64,000 nt of DNA from Spirochaetia bacterium. Lineage in GTDB: Bacteria; Spirochaetota; Spirochaetia; CADAEX01. Every line of letters begins with the position of its first letter. Within the stretch, counting starts at the first letter, position 1. Where the stretch lies: NCBI GenBank assembly GCA_963662265.2, contig CAXXHA010000008.1:90004-154003 (forward strand), in the 5' to 3' direction. The position numbers and the translations under genes were made by a program. Positions 40,666 through 51,009 of this stretch are shown here, one piece after another. The notes under the pieces are model-generated. The model was not told where the DNA came from. It saw only the letters and a list, made by a program, of their open reading frames with translations, and searched no databases.

Positions 40666-41541
40666 GTGAAATACATATTATTGCTGCTTTTTACAATATC
40701 AATTCTTGCAGGTTGCGGGACTACACAGAATTCAGTTCAGGAACCTGTACCTGAGGAAAAACCTGAGCAGCTGGAAAATACAGTTGAGAAGCCGGAATTT
40801 ATTGTAATAAAATACAACTACCCTGTTGTAGTCAGGGAAACAAGAAAATATCATACAGGTGATATTGATGTATACAAAAAATATGAATATGAGAAAAATA
40901 CAGATATTCTTGTTTCATGCACAACCTATGATTCAGGTGATGAAATACTTGAGTATATTAAGACTGAAAAAACAGAAAATTCTGAAAAACATCTTTACTT
41001 CAACAGCAGTAATGAATTATTAAAAACAAAACTGATTGAAAAAGACAATTCAGGCAATATTACTGAAGTTTCCATGCTTGACAGCAGCAATAATCAGATT
41101 TCAAGATCTGAATATGAATATTCAGGAAGCCTCAAGACAAAATGGAATATCTTCGATTCAAACAATGCGCTTCTGGCTTATAACACTTATTCATACGATA
41201 AAGAAGGAAATAATACTGAAATCAGAAGCTTTTCACCGACAGGAAGTCTTGAAGAATATTTTATCCATGAGATTGACAATGATGGAAACATAACATCGGT
41301 TAAGCATTATGACAGCAAAGACAACCTTATTACATCATCCAGGCATATTTTTGAAAACAGTTTAATAAAAGAAGAACTTTTCTATAAAGGAGCTAAAGCC
41401 CTTCAAAGAAAAAAAGCTTATTCATACAGCAATGACAATACAGTTCAGACCTGTGAAGTATCTGTAACAGGCGGACAGATTGTTGAAATAATTGAAAAAG
41501 AATTTTACTTTATAGAAAAAGAAAAAACAATCAAGCAATAG
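40666..41541 (+). CDS. Lipoprotein with YD/RHS-like beta repeats
   Basis: Lipobox LAGC; repeated YSYDKEGN/DNSGN/YDSKDN units. Confidence 0.65.
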   Translation: MKYILLLLFTISILAGCGTTQNSVQEPVPEEKPEQLENTVEKPEFIVIKYNYPVVVRETRKYHTGDIDVYKKYEYEKNTDILVSCTTYDSGDEILEYIKTEKTENSEKHLYFNSSNELLKTKLIEKDNSGNITEVSMLDSSNNQISRSEYEYSGSLKTKWNIFDSNNALLAYNTYSYDKEGNNTEIRSFSPTGSLEEYFIHEIDNDGNITSVKHYDSKDNLITSSRHIFENSLIKEELFYKGAKALQRKKAYSYSNDNTVQTCEVSVTGGQIVEIIEKEFYFIEKEKTIKQ

Positions 41542-41553
41542 GAGCAGGAATCA

Positions 41554-42750
41554 ATGCTTAATAAAAGAATTTTACTTACATTTTACATTATAATGATGCT
41601 TATCCCCTCTTTTGCTTTTTCTTCTGAAACATCATCAATGTGGATAAGACTTTATAAGAGATTTGATACTCTGGAATATAAACTCAACATAATGCAGAAT
41701 ATTGTTGAAGAGGACAGCAGAGATATTATACCGCTTCTGTCTGATGCTCTTATTGAAACTAATCAGATGAGAGGCAATATAGCAAATGAGACAGAAAAAA
41801 AGATTTATAATGATCTTCAGTTTCTGGCTGTAAAAAAACTTGGAGAACTGAAAGCTGTCGAAGCCCAGGATATTATTTACCGGATTATAAACGAGACAGA
41901 CAATATCATTCTCAAGGGTGAAGCTATTATTGCCCTTGGAAGAATGGGTTCTACCAAATATGTTGAACAATTCAATCTCATGCTGAGAAATATCAACATG
42001 AGACTTACCGGCACAAAAAACCAGAGAGAGGATGAAATAATTGCCTATTCTCTTATACTTATGTTTGAAGATCTTAAAGTAATTGAAACATATGAATCTG
42101 TATTTAATGCGTCAGCAGGCTGGTATTCATCAAAATCAAATGTCAAAAACAGAGCCAGAATCGCACTGAAAAAAATTGTTAAAGACCCGACAGATATTCT
42201 CATAAAAATAATGAAAAGCGACTCAAAATTTAAAAATAAATATGCGGCACTCACAGCTGAATATGAATCAGAAGCACCGGATGAAAACAGGTCTTTATTT
42301 GCTGTAGCAGCGCTTGAACAGGGGTTACTGCATGTAAGCAACGATATTACAGAGCAGACACAACTGAGCAGAATCAGAACCCTGTCCTGTGAAATGATAA
42401 CTGAATCTTCTTCAAAACCTTCTAATGCAATCCCCTACCTCGAAGAAATTCTTTTCAGCAGGTATGATGTCAATGAAAAACTGACTTGTATTGAAACCCT
42501 GGGAACATATACCTCAGATGAAGCTGCTCTTACCTTGAGTAAATTCCTCAAGCAGCAGAATGAATGGAAATCTGACGGAATGACAAAGCTTATTGACAGA
42601 AGATCTGTTCTTGCGGTTATCAATGCAATGGGAAACACAGGAAGCAAGGCTGCCATGGAAGAGCTCATGATTGTTGATACAGCTGAATGGACAGGAACAG
42701 TTAAAAGAGCGGCAAAAGAAGCAATTAATAAAATAAACGGTTCAAATTAA
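41554..42750 (+). CDS. Exported HEAT-repeat protein
   Basis: Signal peptide; LGELKA, AIIALGRMG, CIETLG, AMGNTG HEAT-like repeats. Confidence 0.7.
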   Translation: MLNKRILLTFYIIMMLIPSFAFSSETSSMWIRLYKRFDTLEYKLNIMQNIVEEDSRDIIPLLSDALIETNQMRGNIANETEKKIYNDLQFLAVKKLGELKAVEAQDIIYRIINETDNIILKGEAIIALGRMGSTKYVEQFNLMLRNINMRLTGTKNQREDEIIAYSLILMFEDLKVIETYESVFNASAGWYSSKSNVKNRARIALKKIVKDPTDILIKIMKSDSKFKNKYAALTAEYESEAPDENRSLFAVAALEQGLLHVSNDITEQTQLSRIRTLSCEMITESSSKPSNAIPYLEEILFSRYDVNEKLTCIETLGTYTSDEAALTLSKFLKQQNEWKSDGMTKLIDRRSVLAVINAMGNTGSKAAMEELMIVDTAEWTGTVKRAAKEAINKINGSN

Positions 42751-42784
42751 TATAAACAGGGCGGCAAAACAGCCTTTACTGCAG

Positions 42785-42815
42785 AGGGGAGAAGATAACG
42801 CTTCTCCCCTTTTTT
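42785..42815 (+). terminator. Rho-independent terminator
   Basis: AGGGGAGAAG-loop-CTTCTCCCCT followed by a T-run. Confidence 0.75.
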
Positions 42816-42855
42816 ATTGACATCACTTATTAATAATAATATCATACATGTAAAT

Positions 42856-43659
42856 ATGGCAATTCTAACAAATACACAGATTACAAATTTATATAATGCA
42901 TATAAAGATATAGATATAACCTTAAATAAAGATATAATTAAGGCTACAGGCCTGAAAACAAACGAAATTTATATTAAAGCTGCAGGAATGCAGAGGCCCT
43001 GTATTGTCTATTCAACATCCTTCACAAAAGCCCGGCTGATTGCCAATACGGAAAATAACTTCATCAACAAGACAAGGGAAGCAGGTGATCTGATTACACT
43101 CAGGATGGCATTTATGGATCCTGAAAAAAATGATGTTATTTCCTTTTTTATAAATGCAAAAGTTACAGGATACGGTGTATATGATGCTCCGAATTCATCG
43201 CTGAACTATATAAACATTGTTTTCACACAGCGTCCCCCGGATGATCTTATCATTATCATGGGGAAGCTTCTTCAGGCCAATATAAATTTCAACAAGAGAG
43301 TGGATGAAAGGATAATTGTAAACCAGAGCAATTACAGCCAGCTGGGCCTTTCATCAAGAGAAATACAGATAATTCTGCAGGAAATACCGAGAAAATCAAT
43401 TCTTCTTGATATTTCAAGCTCAGGAATAAAAATAATCGGGGTAAAAGCTTTTAAATTTCACCTCAACAAGGATATAATTATTAAATTTTTCCTTAAAAAC
43501 AACTCTTTCGTGGAAATTCCGGGAACTATTTTACGTTTTGATGCCCTTCCCAATAGAAATGATCTCGGTATTTTTGGTATAAAGTTCAAGGAAGACAGAA
43601 TACCCTTGAGTTTTAAACTTCAGATAGAACAGTATTTTGATTCTGTCAAAAAAAAATAA
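42856..43659 (+). CDS. PlzA-like c-di-GMP receptor (PilZN + PilZ)
   Basis: RVDER (RxxxR) and DISSSG (DxSxxG) motifs; QRPPDDLI linker. TTGACA-17-TATCAT promoter just upstream. Confidence 0.8.
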   Translation: MAILTNTQITNLYNAYKDIDITLNKDIIKATGLKTNEIYIKAAGMQRPCIVYSTSFTKARLIANTENNFINKTREAGDLITLRMAFMDPEKNDVISFFINAKVTGYGVYDAPNSSLNYINIVFTQRPPDDLIIIMGKLLQANINFNKRVDERIIVNQSNYSQLGLSSREIQIILQEIPRKSILLDISSSGIKIIGVKAFKFHLNKDIIIKFFLKNNSFVEIPGTILRFDALPNRNDLGIFGIKFKEDRIPLSFKLQIEQYFDSVKKK

Positions 43660-43792
43660 CTAAACGGTAATATGCTGTTTCTCGTCAGACATGTACATAC
43701 GCAAGATGTTTCTACCTCTTTCATAAACATGGTAATTACTTCATGGCTGAATAAACAGAATCCGGCATAAAAACCAGTATCAGGATTGCATT

Positions 43793-44908
43793 TTGGAAAA
43801 CAATATTATTTTTATCAAAATCCCGGAACATCTCGGGACTGAAATTAATGGATTTTTTATTAATCCGGAAATACCTCTGCCTGTTGAAAAATCAGATAAA
43901 ATGGATGAAGGCTCACTGGAAGACCTTTCCTGGGAAATGATTGTTTCAGCAATGCTGAAAATTCTTGCCCATAACAGGGATTTTGAACATATAGATTACT
44001 ACAGGGAATTTATACATGCTGTAAAACCTGATCTGATTTACCAGCTCACAGATGCGGGAATTGTCAAGGCAAGGCAGAATGAATTTACAACAGCTGAGGA
44101 AATATTCCTTGCGATAGAAGGGCTTGAATCAGATAATATCATAAACCTTATAAACCTTGCCCTTATCTATGAACAGCAAGGGGAAAAGATCAGGGAAAAT
44201 GAACCTGTTAAAGCTGATGATTTTTTTGACAGGGCATTTGATTATTACAAGAAAGCCCTCCTTATTGACCCGGGTAACGCTGATCTCCACTACAGTGCAG
44301 CATGTTTTTTCATGGGGCAGAACAATTATGATAAAGCAAAGCATCATTTTTCAACATACGCAGTACTTGCGGAGCCTGAGACAGATGAAGAACGGGAAAA
44401 AGTCGGAAAGGCTCAGAGAATTGCTGACAGTATTAATACAAACACAACCCTGGATACCCTGTTTAAAGAATCATATGACCTGATCAAACTCGGAAATGAA
44501 GACGAGGGAATAACAAAAATAAAGGAATTCCTGAAAACCTATCCCGATGTATGGAATGCATGGTTTCTTCTCGGCTGGGGATTAAGGAAAAAAGGCAGTT
44601 ACAGAGAAGCGCTTTCAGCTTTCAACAAAGTATCAGATCTCGGTGAAAGATCTGTAGATACCCTGAATGAACTTGCAATATGCAACCTGGAACTTGAAGA
44701 CTTGAAAGAATCAGAATCACTTCTTAAAGAAGCTCTGTCAATGGAGCATGAAAACACAAAAATCATATCCAATCTGGGAATCGTTGCAATGAAAAAAGGA
44801 AATCTTGAAGAAGCTGAAGGTTTCTTTCTCACAGTTCTTGAATATGACAGCAATGATCCTGCTGCACAGCAGTATATTGACCAGATCAGAGATTTAAAAA
44901 ACAAGTAA
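43793..44908 (+). CDS. Tetratricopeptide repeat protein
   Basis: Multiple TPRs (VWNAWFLLGWG, TLNELAIC, IISNLG). Confidence 0.8.
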   Translation: MENNIIFIKIPEHLGTEINGFFINPEIPLPVEKSDKMDEGSLEDLSWEMIVSAMLKILAHNRDFEHIDYYREFIHAVKPDLIYQLTDAGIVKARQNEFTTAEEIFLAIEGLESDNIINLINLALIYEQQGEKIRENEPVKADDFFDRAFDYYKKALLIDPGNADLHYSAACFFMGQNNYDKAKHHFSTYAVLAEPETDEEREKVGKAQRIADSINTNTTLDTLFKESYDLIKLGNEDEGITKIKEFLKTYPDVWNAWFLLGWGLRKKGSYREALSAFNKVSDLGERSVDTLNELAICNLELEDLKESESLLKEALSMEHENTKIISNLGIVAMKKGNLEEAEGFFLTVLEYDSNDPAAQQYIDQIRDLKNK

Positions 44909-45081
44909 TTCCATAAGCAGTACATAAATTCAGTAAGGATTTGGCTGTATGCAGCATCTGCACATTCAGAATCAGCATACTGACAGAACCTTACTGATTT
45001 TTAATTTAAGCAGAAACTTCGTATTATCGGTCCCGCCAGAAAAAATTTAATCTTTTTTTTTATTTTTTTATCTTCCTGAGT

Positions 45082-45109
45082 TAAAGATTATAAACACTGA
45101 TGCCGAATT
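45082..45109 (+). promoter_or_regulatory. sigma28 (FliA) promoter of first flaB
   Basis: TAAA-16 bp-GCCGAATT. Confidence 0.75.
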
Positions 45110-45217
45110 AAATAAATGAGGGTTTGAGTCTGCTCATCCTAATAAGGCAGATTTCCCCCTTATCATTATTATTATCGGTAATAAATTAGGGTCTTTAACA
45201 TTTTTTTTAAAAAAAAT

Positions 45218-45233
45218 CAGGCAAGGATGCCTG
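45218..45233 (+). promoter_or_regulatory. CsrA-binding hairpin in flaB leader
   Basis: CAGGCA-AGGA-TGCCTG with GGA in the loop, just upstream of a GGAGG SD. Confidence 0.7.
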
Positions 45234-45255
45234 TGATAATATCAGGGAGGAAGAA

Positions 45256-46116
45256 ATGATAATTAATCACAACATGAGCGCAATGTTTGCTCAGAGAACA
45301 CTTGGAAATACCAACAGAGCTTCTGAATCAAACATGGCTAAGCTCTCATCAGGTATGAGAATTACAAAAGCAGGCGATGATGCTTCAGGACTTGCTGTAT
45401 CTGAAAAAATGAGAGCTCAGATAAGAGGTTTGAAACAGGCTTCAAGAAATGCTGCTGACGGTATCTCTTTTATTCAGACAAGTGAAGGTTACCTTCAGGA
45501 AACAGAAGATATTCTCCACAGAATAAGAGAACTGGCTGTACAGTCTTCAAACGGTATATACACAGCTGAAGACAGAATGCAGATCCAGGTTGAAGTTTCA
45601 CAGCTTGTTGATGAAATTGACAGGATTGCTTCACACGCACAGTTTAACGGGCTCAACATGCTGACAGGACGTTTTGCAAGAGAAGATGGCCAGAATACTG
45701 TAACTGCTTCAATGTGGCTCCATATCGGTGCTAACATGGACCAGAGAGAACAGGTATTTATTGGTACAATGACAGCAAAAGGCCTGGGCGTCAGAAATGT
45801 CGGCGATGACTCTATCTTAACACTCTCAACACCTGATAATGCTAACATGTCAATCGGTATCGTTGACGGAGCTCTCAAAAAAGTTAATAAACAGAGAGCT
45901 GACCTCGGTGCTTACCAGAACAGACTTGACACAGCTATAAAAGGAATTGATGTAGGTGCAGAAAACCTTCAGGCTGCTGAATCAAGAATCAGAGACCTTG
46001 ATATGGCTAATGAAATGGTTGACTACACCAAGAACCAGATCCTTACTCAGGCTGGAACAGCAATGCTTGCACAGGCAAATACTAAATCACAGTCAGTATT
46101 GCAATTACTGGGATAG
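45256..46116 (+). CDS. flaB: Flagellin, filament core protein
   Basis: [49 protein letters not shown]. Confidence 0.97.
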   Translation: MIINHNMSAMFAQRTLGNTNRASESNMAKLSSGMRITKAGDDASGLAVSEKMRAQIRGLKQASRNAADGISFIQTSEGYLQETEDILHRIRELAVQSSNGIYTAEDRMQIQVEVSQLVDEIDRIASHAQFNGLNMLTGRFAREDGQNTVTASMWLHIGANMDQREQVFIGTMTAKGLGVRNVGDDSILTLSTPDNANMSIGIVDGALKKVNKQRADLGAYQNRLDTAIKGIDVGAENLQAAESRIRDLDMANEMVDYTKNQILTQAGTAMLAQANTKSQSVLQLLG

Positions 46117-46554
46117 AGTATTATTATTATTAAGTGACTTTATGCATTCGCATAGGGTTTTAATCAGGGCAGCATTCGGCTGCCCTGCACTGCTTTGCAG
46201 GTTAAATTAATTTGTATTTTTAAAATGTACAGTTTACAATGATCTGGACATTTTTAAAAACAATGTAATTTTAACTGTTATACATTTTTAACTTATAATT
46301 TTTACCGGAAAGACAGTTAAAGACATTGAAAATCCGTCAATAGAGCCTATGATAATATTCTGCGGCGTTATACAAATGACGGAACACGTTGTTCTTTGAA
46401 ATATATACCCTCCTTCATTGGTATAACATGAAGTAGTATATCTCTCATTCGAGAGACATATTTCTTTATTTTGGGTTAAGAACAATACAAGGGCGGCGCT
46501 GAAAGGCTTTTGTATTACTTGATTCTATATACCTTAATAAAGGTTATATTAAAA

Positions 46555-46576
46555 ACAAGGGCAGGGATGCCTTTGT
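46555..46576 (+). promoter_or_regulatory. CsrA-binding hairpin in second flaB leader
   Basis: ACAAGGGCA-GGGA-TGCCTTTGT with GGA in the loop, upstream of AGGAGG. Confidence 0.7.
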
Positions 46577-46596
46577 ATCAATTTCAAGGAGGGGCT

Positions 46597-47448
46597 ATGA
46601 TAATTAATCACAACATGAGTGCCATGTATGCAAACAGACAGCTCGGGGTTTCAGGTTCAGAAATGAGCAGAAATCTTGAAAAGCTCAGCTCAGGTATGAG
46701 AATCAATAAAGCTGGTGATGATGCATCTGGTCTTGCAGTTTCTGAAAAAATGAGAAGCCAGATAAGAGGTCTTAATCAGGCTGAAAGAAATATTGAAAAC
46801 GGTGTTTCCTTCATCCAGACTGCAGAAGGCTATCTTCAGGAAACTCAGGACATTCTTCACAGGGTAAGAGAACTTTCAGTTCAGGCTGCAAACGGTATCT
46901 ATACTGCTGAAGACAGAATGCAGATCCAGGTTGAAGTTTCACAGCTGGTTGATGAAGTCAACAGAATTGCTTCACATGCCCAGTTCAACGGCATGAATAT
47001 GCTCACAGGTGCTTTTGCGAAAGACAACAGTACCGGAAACATTCTTCAGCTGCAGGTAGGGGCCAATATGGATCAGTCTGAAACTATGTTTATTCAGACA
47101 ATGACTGCAGAGGCTCTCGGGCTTACAGATGGTCAGAATGCAAACGGAATTGTCTCAATTTCAACACCTGACGCAGCTAACATGACAATAGGAAAACTTG
47201 ACAATGCCCTTAAAGCTGTCAACAAGCAGAGAGCTGACCTTGGTGCATATCAGAACAGATTTGAAATGGCATCTAAAGGTGTAGCAATTGCTGCTGAAAA
47301 CATGCAGGCTGCTGAATCAAGAATCAGAGACGTGGATATGGCTGGAGAAATGGTCAACTACGTTAAAAACATGATTCTCACTCAGTCTGGCACCGCAATG
47401 CTGGCTCAGGCCAATACTAAATCACAGTCAGTGCTTCAGCTTCTGTAA
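46597..47448 (+). CDS. flaB: Flagellin, filament core protein (paralog)
   Basis: MIINHNMSA start at 46597; conserved flagellin N- and C-terminal motifs. Confidence 0.97.
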   Translation: MIINHNMSAMYANRQLGVSGSEMSRNLEKLSSGMRINKAGDDASGLAVSEKMRSQIRGLNQAERNIENGVSFIQTAEGYLQETQDILHRVRELSVQAANGIYTAEDRMQIQVEVSQLVDEVNRIASHAQFNGMNMLTGAFAKDNSTGNILQLQVGANMDQSETMFIQTMTAEALGLTDGQNANGIVSISTPDAANMTIGKLDNALKAVNKQRADLGAYQNRFEMASKGVAIAAENMQAAESRIRDVDMAGEMVNYVKNMILTQSGTAMLAQANTKSQSVLQLL

Positions 47449-47571
47449 GCTCTAATTGTGGATAACACGTGTTATTTTTTTAAAACTTTTGAAGAGATAT
47501 CTGGACGTCATCTCTTCATTTAACAATCAGGGGAGATGAGCGCCTCTCCCCTCTTTTAAAGAGGTAAAGCA

Positions 47572-47955
47572 ATGGAACTGGAAATTCAGGGACGAATTGC
47601 CGGAAGGCTGCCAGTTCAGATTTCAAAGCCGAAAATAGAAGCGGCGGAACAGCAGGCTCAGCAAAATGAAAAACAGAAAGAAGTTGTTGAGCTGGCAGAA
47701 AAACAGATACATGATACACAGAAAAATGTATCCAGGGATGAAATTGAAAAGTTCCTGAAAAAAGCATTAAATAATGCTTCAATATTAAACAGGGATCTCA
47801 AGTACACAATAAACCGGGACACCAACCGCATTATCGTTAAAGTGGTCGATAAAACCACCGATAAGGTGATTAAGGAGATACCCCCTGAAGCTATCCAGAG
47901 ATTACAGGACAGTATCCGGGAAGCAATCGGTCTGCTTGTTGACGAACAAATTTAA
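47572..47955 (+). CDS. flaG: Flagellar protein FlaG
   Basis: IIVKVVDKTTDKVIKEIPPE, GLLVDEQI; located between flaB and fliD. Confidence 0.9.
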   Translation: MELEIQGRIAGRLPVQISKPKIEAAEQQAQQNEKQKEVVELAEKQIHDTQKNVSRDEIEKFLKKALNNASILNRDLKYTINRDTNRIIVKVVDKTTDKVIKEIPPEAIQRLQDSIREAIGLLVDEQI

Positions 47956-47979
47956 CATTTCAGGGGTAATAATTTTCCA

Positions 47980-49989
47980 ATGTCAGATATTACTATCCCC
48001 GGTGTTACAAGCAAATTCAACTCAGACAAGATTATTGAGGGACTGATGAAAGTTGAGCGAATTCCGCTTGAAAGGCTTGAAAAGCGGAATGAGCTTAACA
48101 ATACAACGAAAAAAGTCTGGCAGGACCTGAACAGGAAAATATCAACTTTCAGAGATTCAGCAAAAGACCTGTACAGTTTTCAGAATCCGTTCGAAGATAA
48201 AAATGCAAACTCATCAGATACAGCAGTTCTGACAGCAACCGCAACACGGGATGCTGTTGTCGAGAAAAGAAATATAAAAGTAATTAAAACCGCAAAATCT
48301 GATAAATTCATATCACGGTCCATTGACAGGAATTTCAAACTCAAAGGGGGAATCTACACATTCAGTGTGGGGGACAAGGATATTTCTGTTAATTTCAGAG
48401 GTGGTTCATTAAAAAGCTTTTCAGATATAATAAACCGGGAGGGAGGTGAATATTTAAAATCCTCCATAATCCGTGTTGACAGGGATAATGTTTTTTTTGT
48501 ACTTGAGTCAAAAAAGACAGGCTCTGAAAACAAGCTTGATTTCAAAAAAGAAGCTCTTTCATTTGCAGAAGATGCCGGAATAGTCGAAAAAAAAAATACA
48601 TCACTAAGAAACATAATCCCGGATAAATCTGTTATCAAGCAGTGGACAGCTCCTCTCAGTGAAACAGGATATCATATTGAAAATAATTCTCTTTCACTGA
48701 ACCCGGGAAATGAACTACAAATACCACTTTCCCCTTCAGTTAAAACTGATGATAAACTTGTGCTTGAAATGACTGTTAAAATTACAAATATACCTGAAAC
48801 AGAATACATCCCTCCCCAGCCTCCTCCGGGGCCTCAAATACCTGAATCAGGCGACCTTACCTACAGCGGAATCACTGTAAAAAATGAGTCATTCAACATA
48901 GATCTTCCTGAGTGGAAAGAGCCGCCACCTCCTGAGAAAATTGATGATTTTTCATTTATATTTTTAAAAGCTGACGGATCTGTAAAAAATCTTCAGGAAC
49001 TATCAAACACGGAAGATGAACAGAAAATAAGCATAGCTCTTAAAGATTACGGTGCAACTGTAGAATCCCTTAACTTCAGAAACAGGAACACATCAAGGAA
49101 AATAACTGTATCTGATATAAAAATCTACAACCCGGAAGAGAGAGGGGACTATATCCCTGTAAACCCGGTCACATCTGCATCAGATGCGGAACTTGAAATT
49201 GACGGTATAAAAGTGACAAGGACATCGAATGAAGTTGATGATCTTATACCTGGAGTCACACTTAATCTGAAGTCTGAAAGCAGCAGAAACATTGAAATTG
49301 ATGTAAAACCTGACAGTGAGAATATAAAAAATACAATAATCAACTTTGTGGGAAGCTACAACAATCTCCTGACAGAAGTTCAGATACTGACACGGAATAA
49401 CCAGGAGATAATTGATGAAATAGAATATTTCTCAGATGAGGAGAGGGAAAAAGCTCAAGGCCGGCTGGGACTCCTTCAGGGGGAAATATCTCTTACACAG
49501 CTGAAAAGCAGCCTTCAGAGAATAATGATGAACAGCTATCCATGGAACGAAGACAACACGCTGTCGATTCTTGCGGAAATAGGAATATCCACTAATTCCA
49601 CAGGCGGAGTCAATGCTGCAAAACTCAGGGGATATATGGAAATCAACGAGGAAAAGCTTGACAGTGTAATTGAATCTCATGGCGAAGATCTTAAAAACCT
49701 TTTCGGAAATGACACAGACAATGATCTTGTAGTTGACTCGGGACTAGCATATACGGCAGACAGCTATACAAAGGCATATAATGAAACCGGCGGGATTATC
49801 GCTCTTAAGATAAGCACAATTGACAGAAATATCAAAAGAAATGATACAGACATAGAAAACTACAACCGGAAACTGGAGCAGAAAGAGCAGGAACTCAGGC
49901 GTAAATACGGAATGATGGAAGGGGCTCTGCAGGAGATGGAAAAATCATCAAAATCGCTTCAGAACCTGAACAACAATAACTCGCGTTAG
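47980..49989 (+). CDS. fliD: Flagellar filament cap protein
   Basis: IPGVTS..IIEGLMKVERIP, NEVDDLIPGVTLNL, FVGSYN, C-terminal coiled coil; long spirochaetal form. Confidence 0.93.
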   Translation: MSDITIPGVTSKFNSDKIIEGLMKVERIPLERLEKRNELNNTTKKVWQDLNRKISTFRDSAKDLYSFQNPFEDKNANSSDTAVLTATATRDAVVEKRNIKVIKTAKSDKFISRSIDRNFKLKGGIYTFSVGDKDISVNFRGGSLKSFSDIINREGGEYLKSSIIRVDRDNVFFVLESKKTGSENKLDFKKEALSFAEDAGIVEKKNTSLRNIIPDKSVIKQWTAPLSETGYHIENNSLSLNPGNELQIPLSPSVKTDDKLVLEMTVKITNIPETEYIPPQPPPGPQIPESGDLTYSGITVKNESFNIDLPEWKEPPPPEKIDDFSFIFLKADGSVKNLQELSNTEDEQKISIALKDYGATVESLNFRNRNTSRKITVSDIKIYNPEERGDYIPVNPVTSASDAELEIDGIKVTRTSNEVDDLIPGVTLNLKSESSRNIEIDVKPDSENIKNTIINFVGSYNNLLTEVQILTRNNQEIIDEIEYFSDEEREKAQGRLGLLQGEISLTQLKSSLQRIMMNSYPWNEDNTLSILAEIGISTNSTGGVNAAKLRGYMEINEEKLDSVIESHGEDLKNLFGNDTDNDLVVDSGLAYTADSYTKAYNETGGIIALKISTIDRNIKRNDTDIENYNRKLEQKEQELRRKYGMMEGALQEMEKSSKSLQNLNNNNSR

Positions 49990-50040
49990 TTTTTAAAACA
50001 AAAATTACCATTCCCTTCCCTGCTTATGCAAAGAATCTCT

Positions 50041-50068
50041 TAAATCTTTGTTTTTTGTATGCCGATTT
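50041..50068 (+). promoter_or_regulatory. sigma28 promoter
   Basis: TAAA-16 bp-GCCGATTT. Confidence 0.65.
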
Positions 50069-50119
50069 ATATAATATACAGTGTAAGATAGTTGAATATA
50101 CAAAATACGAGGTTTAAAT

Positions 50120-50965
50120 TTGCAGATTTATATAGATAATGAAAAACTGGATTTCCAGCTTGAAACAGAGAAAACACTGGATGAAATACTGGATGCTCTT
50201 AGCAGATGGCTATCTTCGGAAAATTACTATATTTCAGAACTGGCTGTTGATGATAACATAATTGACCACACAGATACAGATAAAATATCATCTCTTAAAA
50301 TTGATCATATATCAAAAATCAATATTTCAACATATTCTTTTCTCGAACTGAAAATATCACAGCTGGATGCAATCCAGCAGTACTTTATACTTGTGCTTAA
50401 AAATATTGACGAGGGAAACAGGGAAAGCCTTATCAATGTTCTCAAAGACTACAGCAACATTAAACCGCTTCTGAAAATAAATATTGATAAAGTCTACGAG
50501 AATAATTCAGGTTTTATTGAAACTTTTCTTTCCAATGAATCTGATATAGAAAGTCATAAAGATGAGATAAAAGTTTTTTCAGAAAATATTATAATAATTG
50601 CGGAAAGCAGGAAGAGTGAGATTCTGTCCCCTGAAAAGGAACTGGATCAGCTTAAAAACCAGTTTGAGAAAACAGCCGAAGAGGCTGGAAATGTTTCCAT
50701 ACTGCTGCAGACAGGCAGGGACAAAGAGGCTATGGACAGGGTTATTGAATTCATAGAATTCCTGAAGAAATTTTCACGAATACTCAGCATCCTTGATATG
50801 AAGAAAAGCATTCCCCTGAATAAAAGTGATATACAGGATTTCAATTCAATGTTGTCTGAACTTTGCAATGCAATTGAAAACTCTGATTCTGTACTTGTCG
50901 GAGACCTTCTGGAATATGAAATTGTTCCTGTAGTTGAAAATATTTTATCAGATTACAATAATTAA
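50120..50965 (+). CDS. Conserved hypothetical protein, flagellar-cluster associated
   Basis: TTG start with GAGG SD; LLQTGRDKEAM and VGDLLEYEI motifs. Confidence 0.65.
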   Translation: MQIYIDNEKLDFQLETEKTLDEILDALSRWLSSENYYISELAVDDNIIDHTDTDKISSLKIDHISKINISTYSFLELKISQLDAIQQYFILVLKNIDEGNRESLINVLKDYSNIKPLLKINIDKVYENNSGFIETFLSNESDIESHKDEIKVFSENIIIIAESRKSEILSPEKELDQLKNQFEKTAEEAGNVSILLQTGRDKEAMDRVIEFIEFLKKFSRILSILDMKKSIPLNKSDIQDFNSMLSELCNAIENSDSVLVGDLLEYEIVPVVENILSDYNN

Positions 50966-51009
50966 AACAGTTTATATCTGCTTGAAAAATCAATGATACG
51001 GAGAAGAAA

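Noticed and set aside
40666-41541. RHS toxin with downstream immunity protein
   Set aside because: It is a short lipoprotein with only YD-like repeats, lacking the RHS core cleavage motif and a toxin domain; the downstream HEAT protein is exported.
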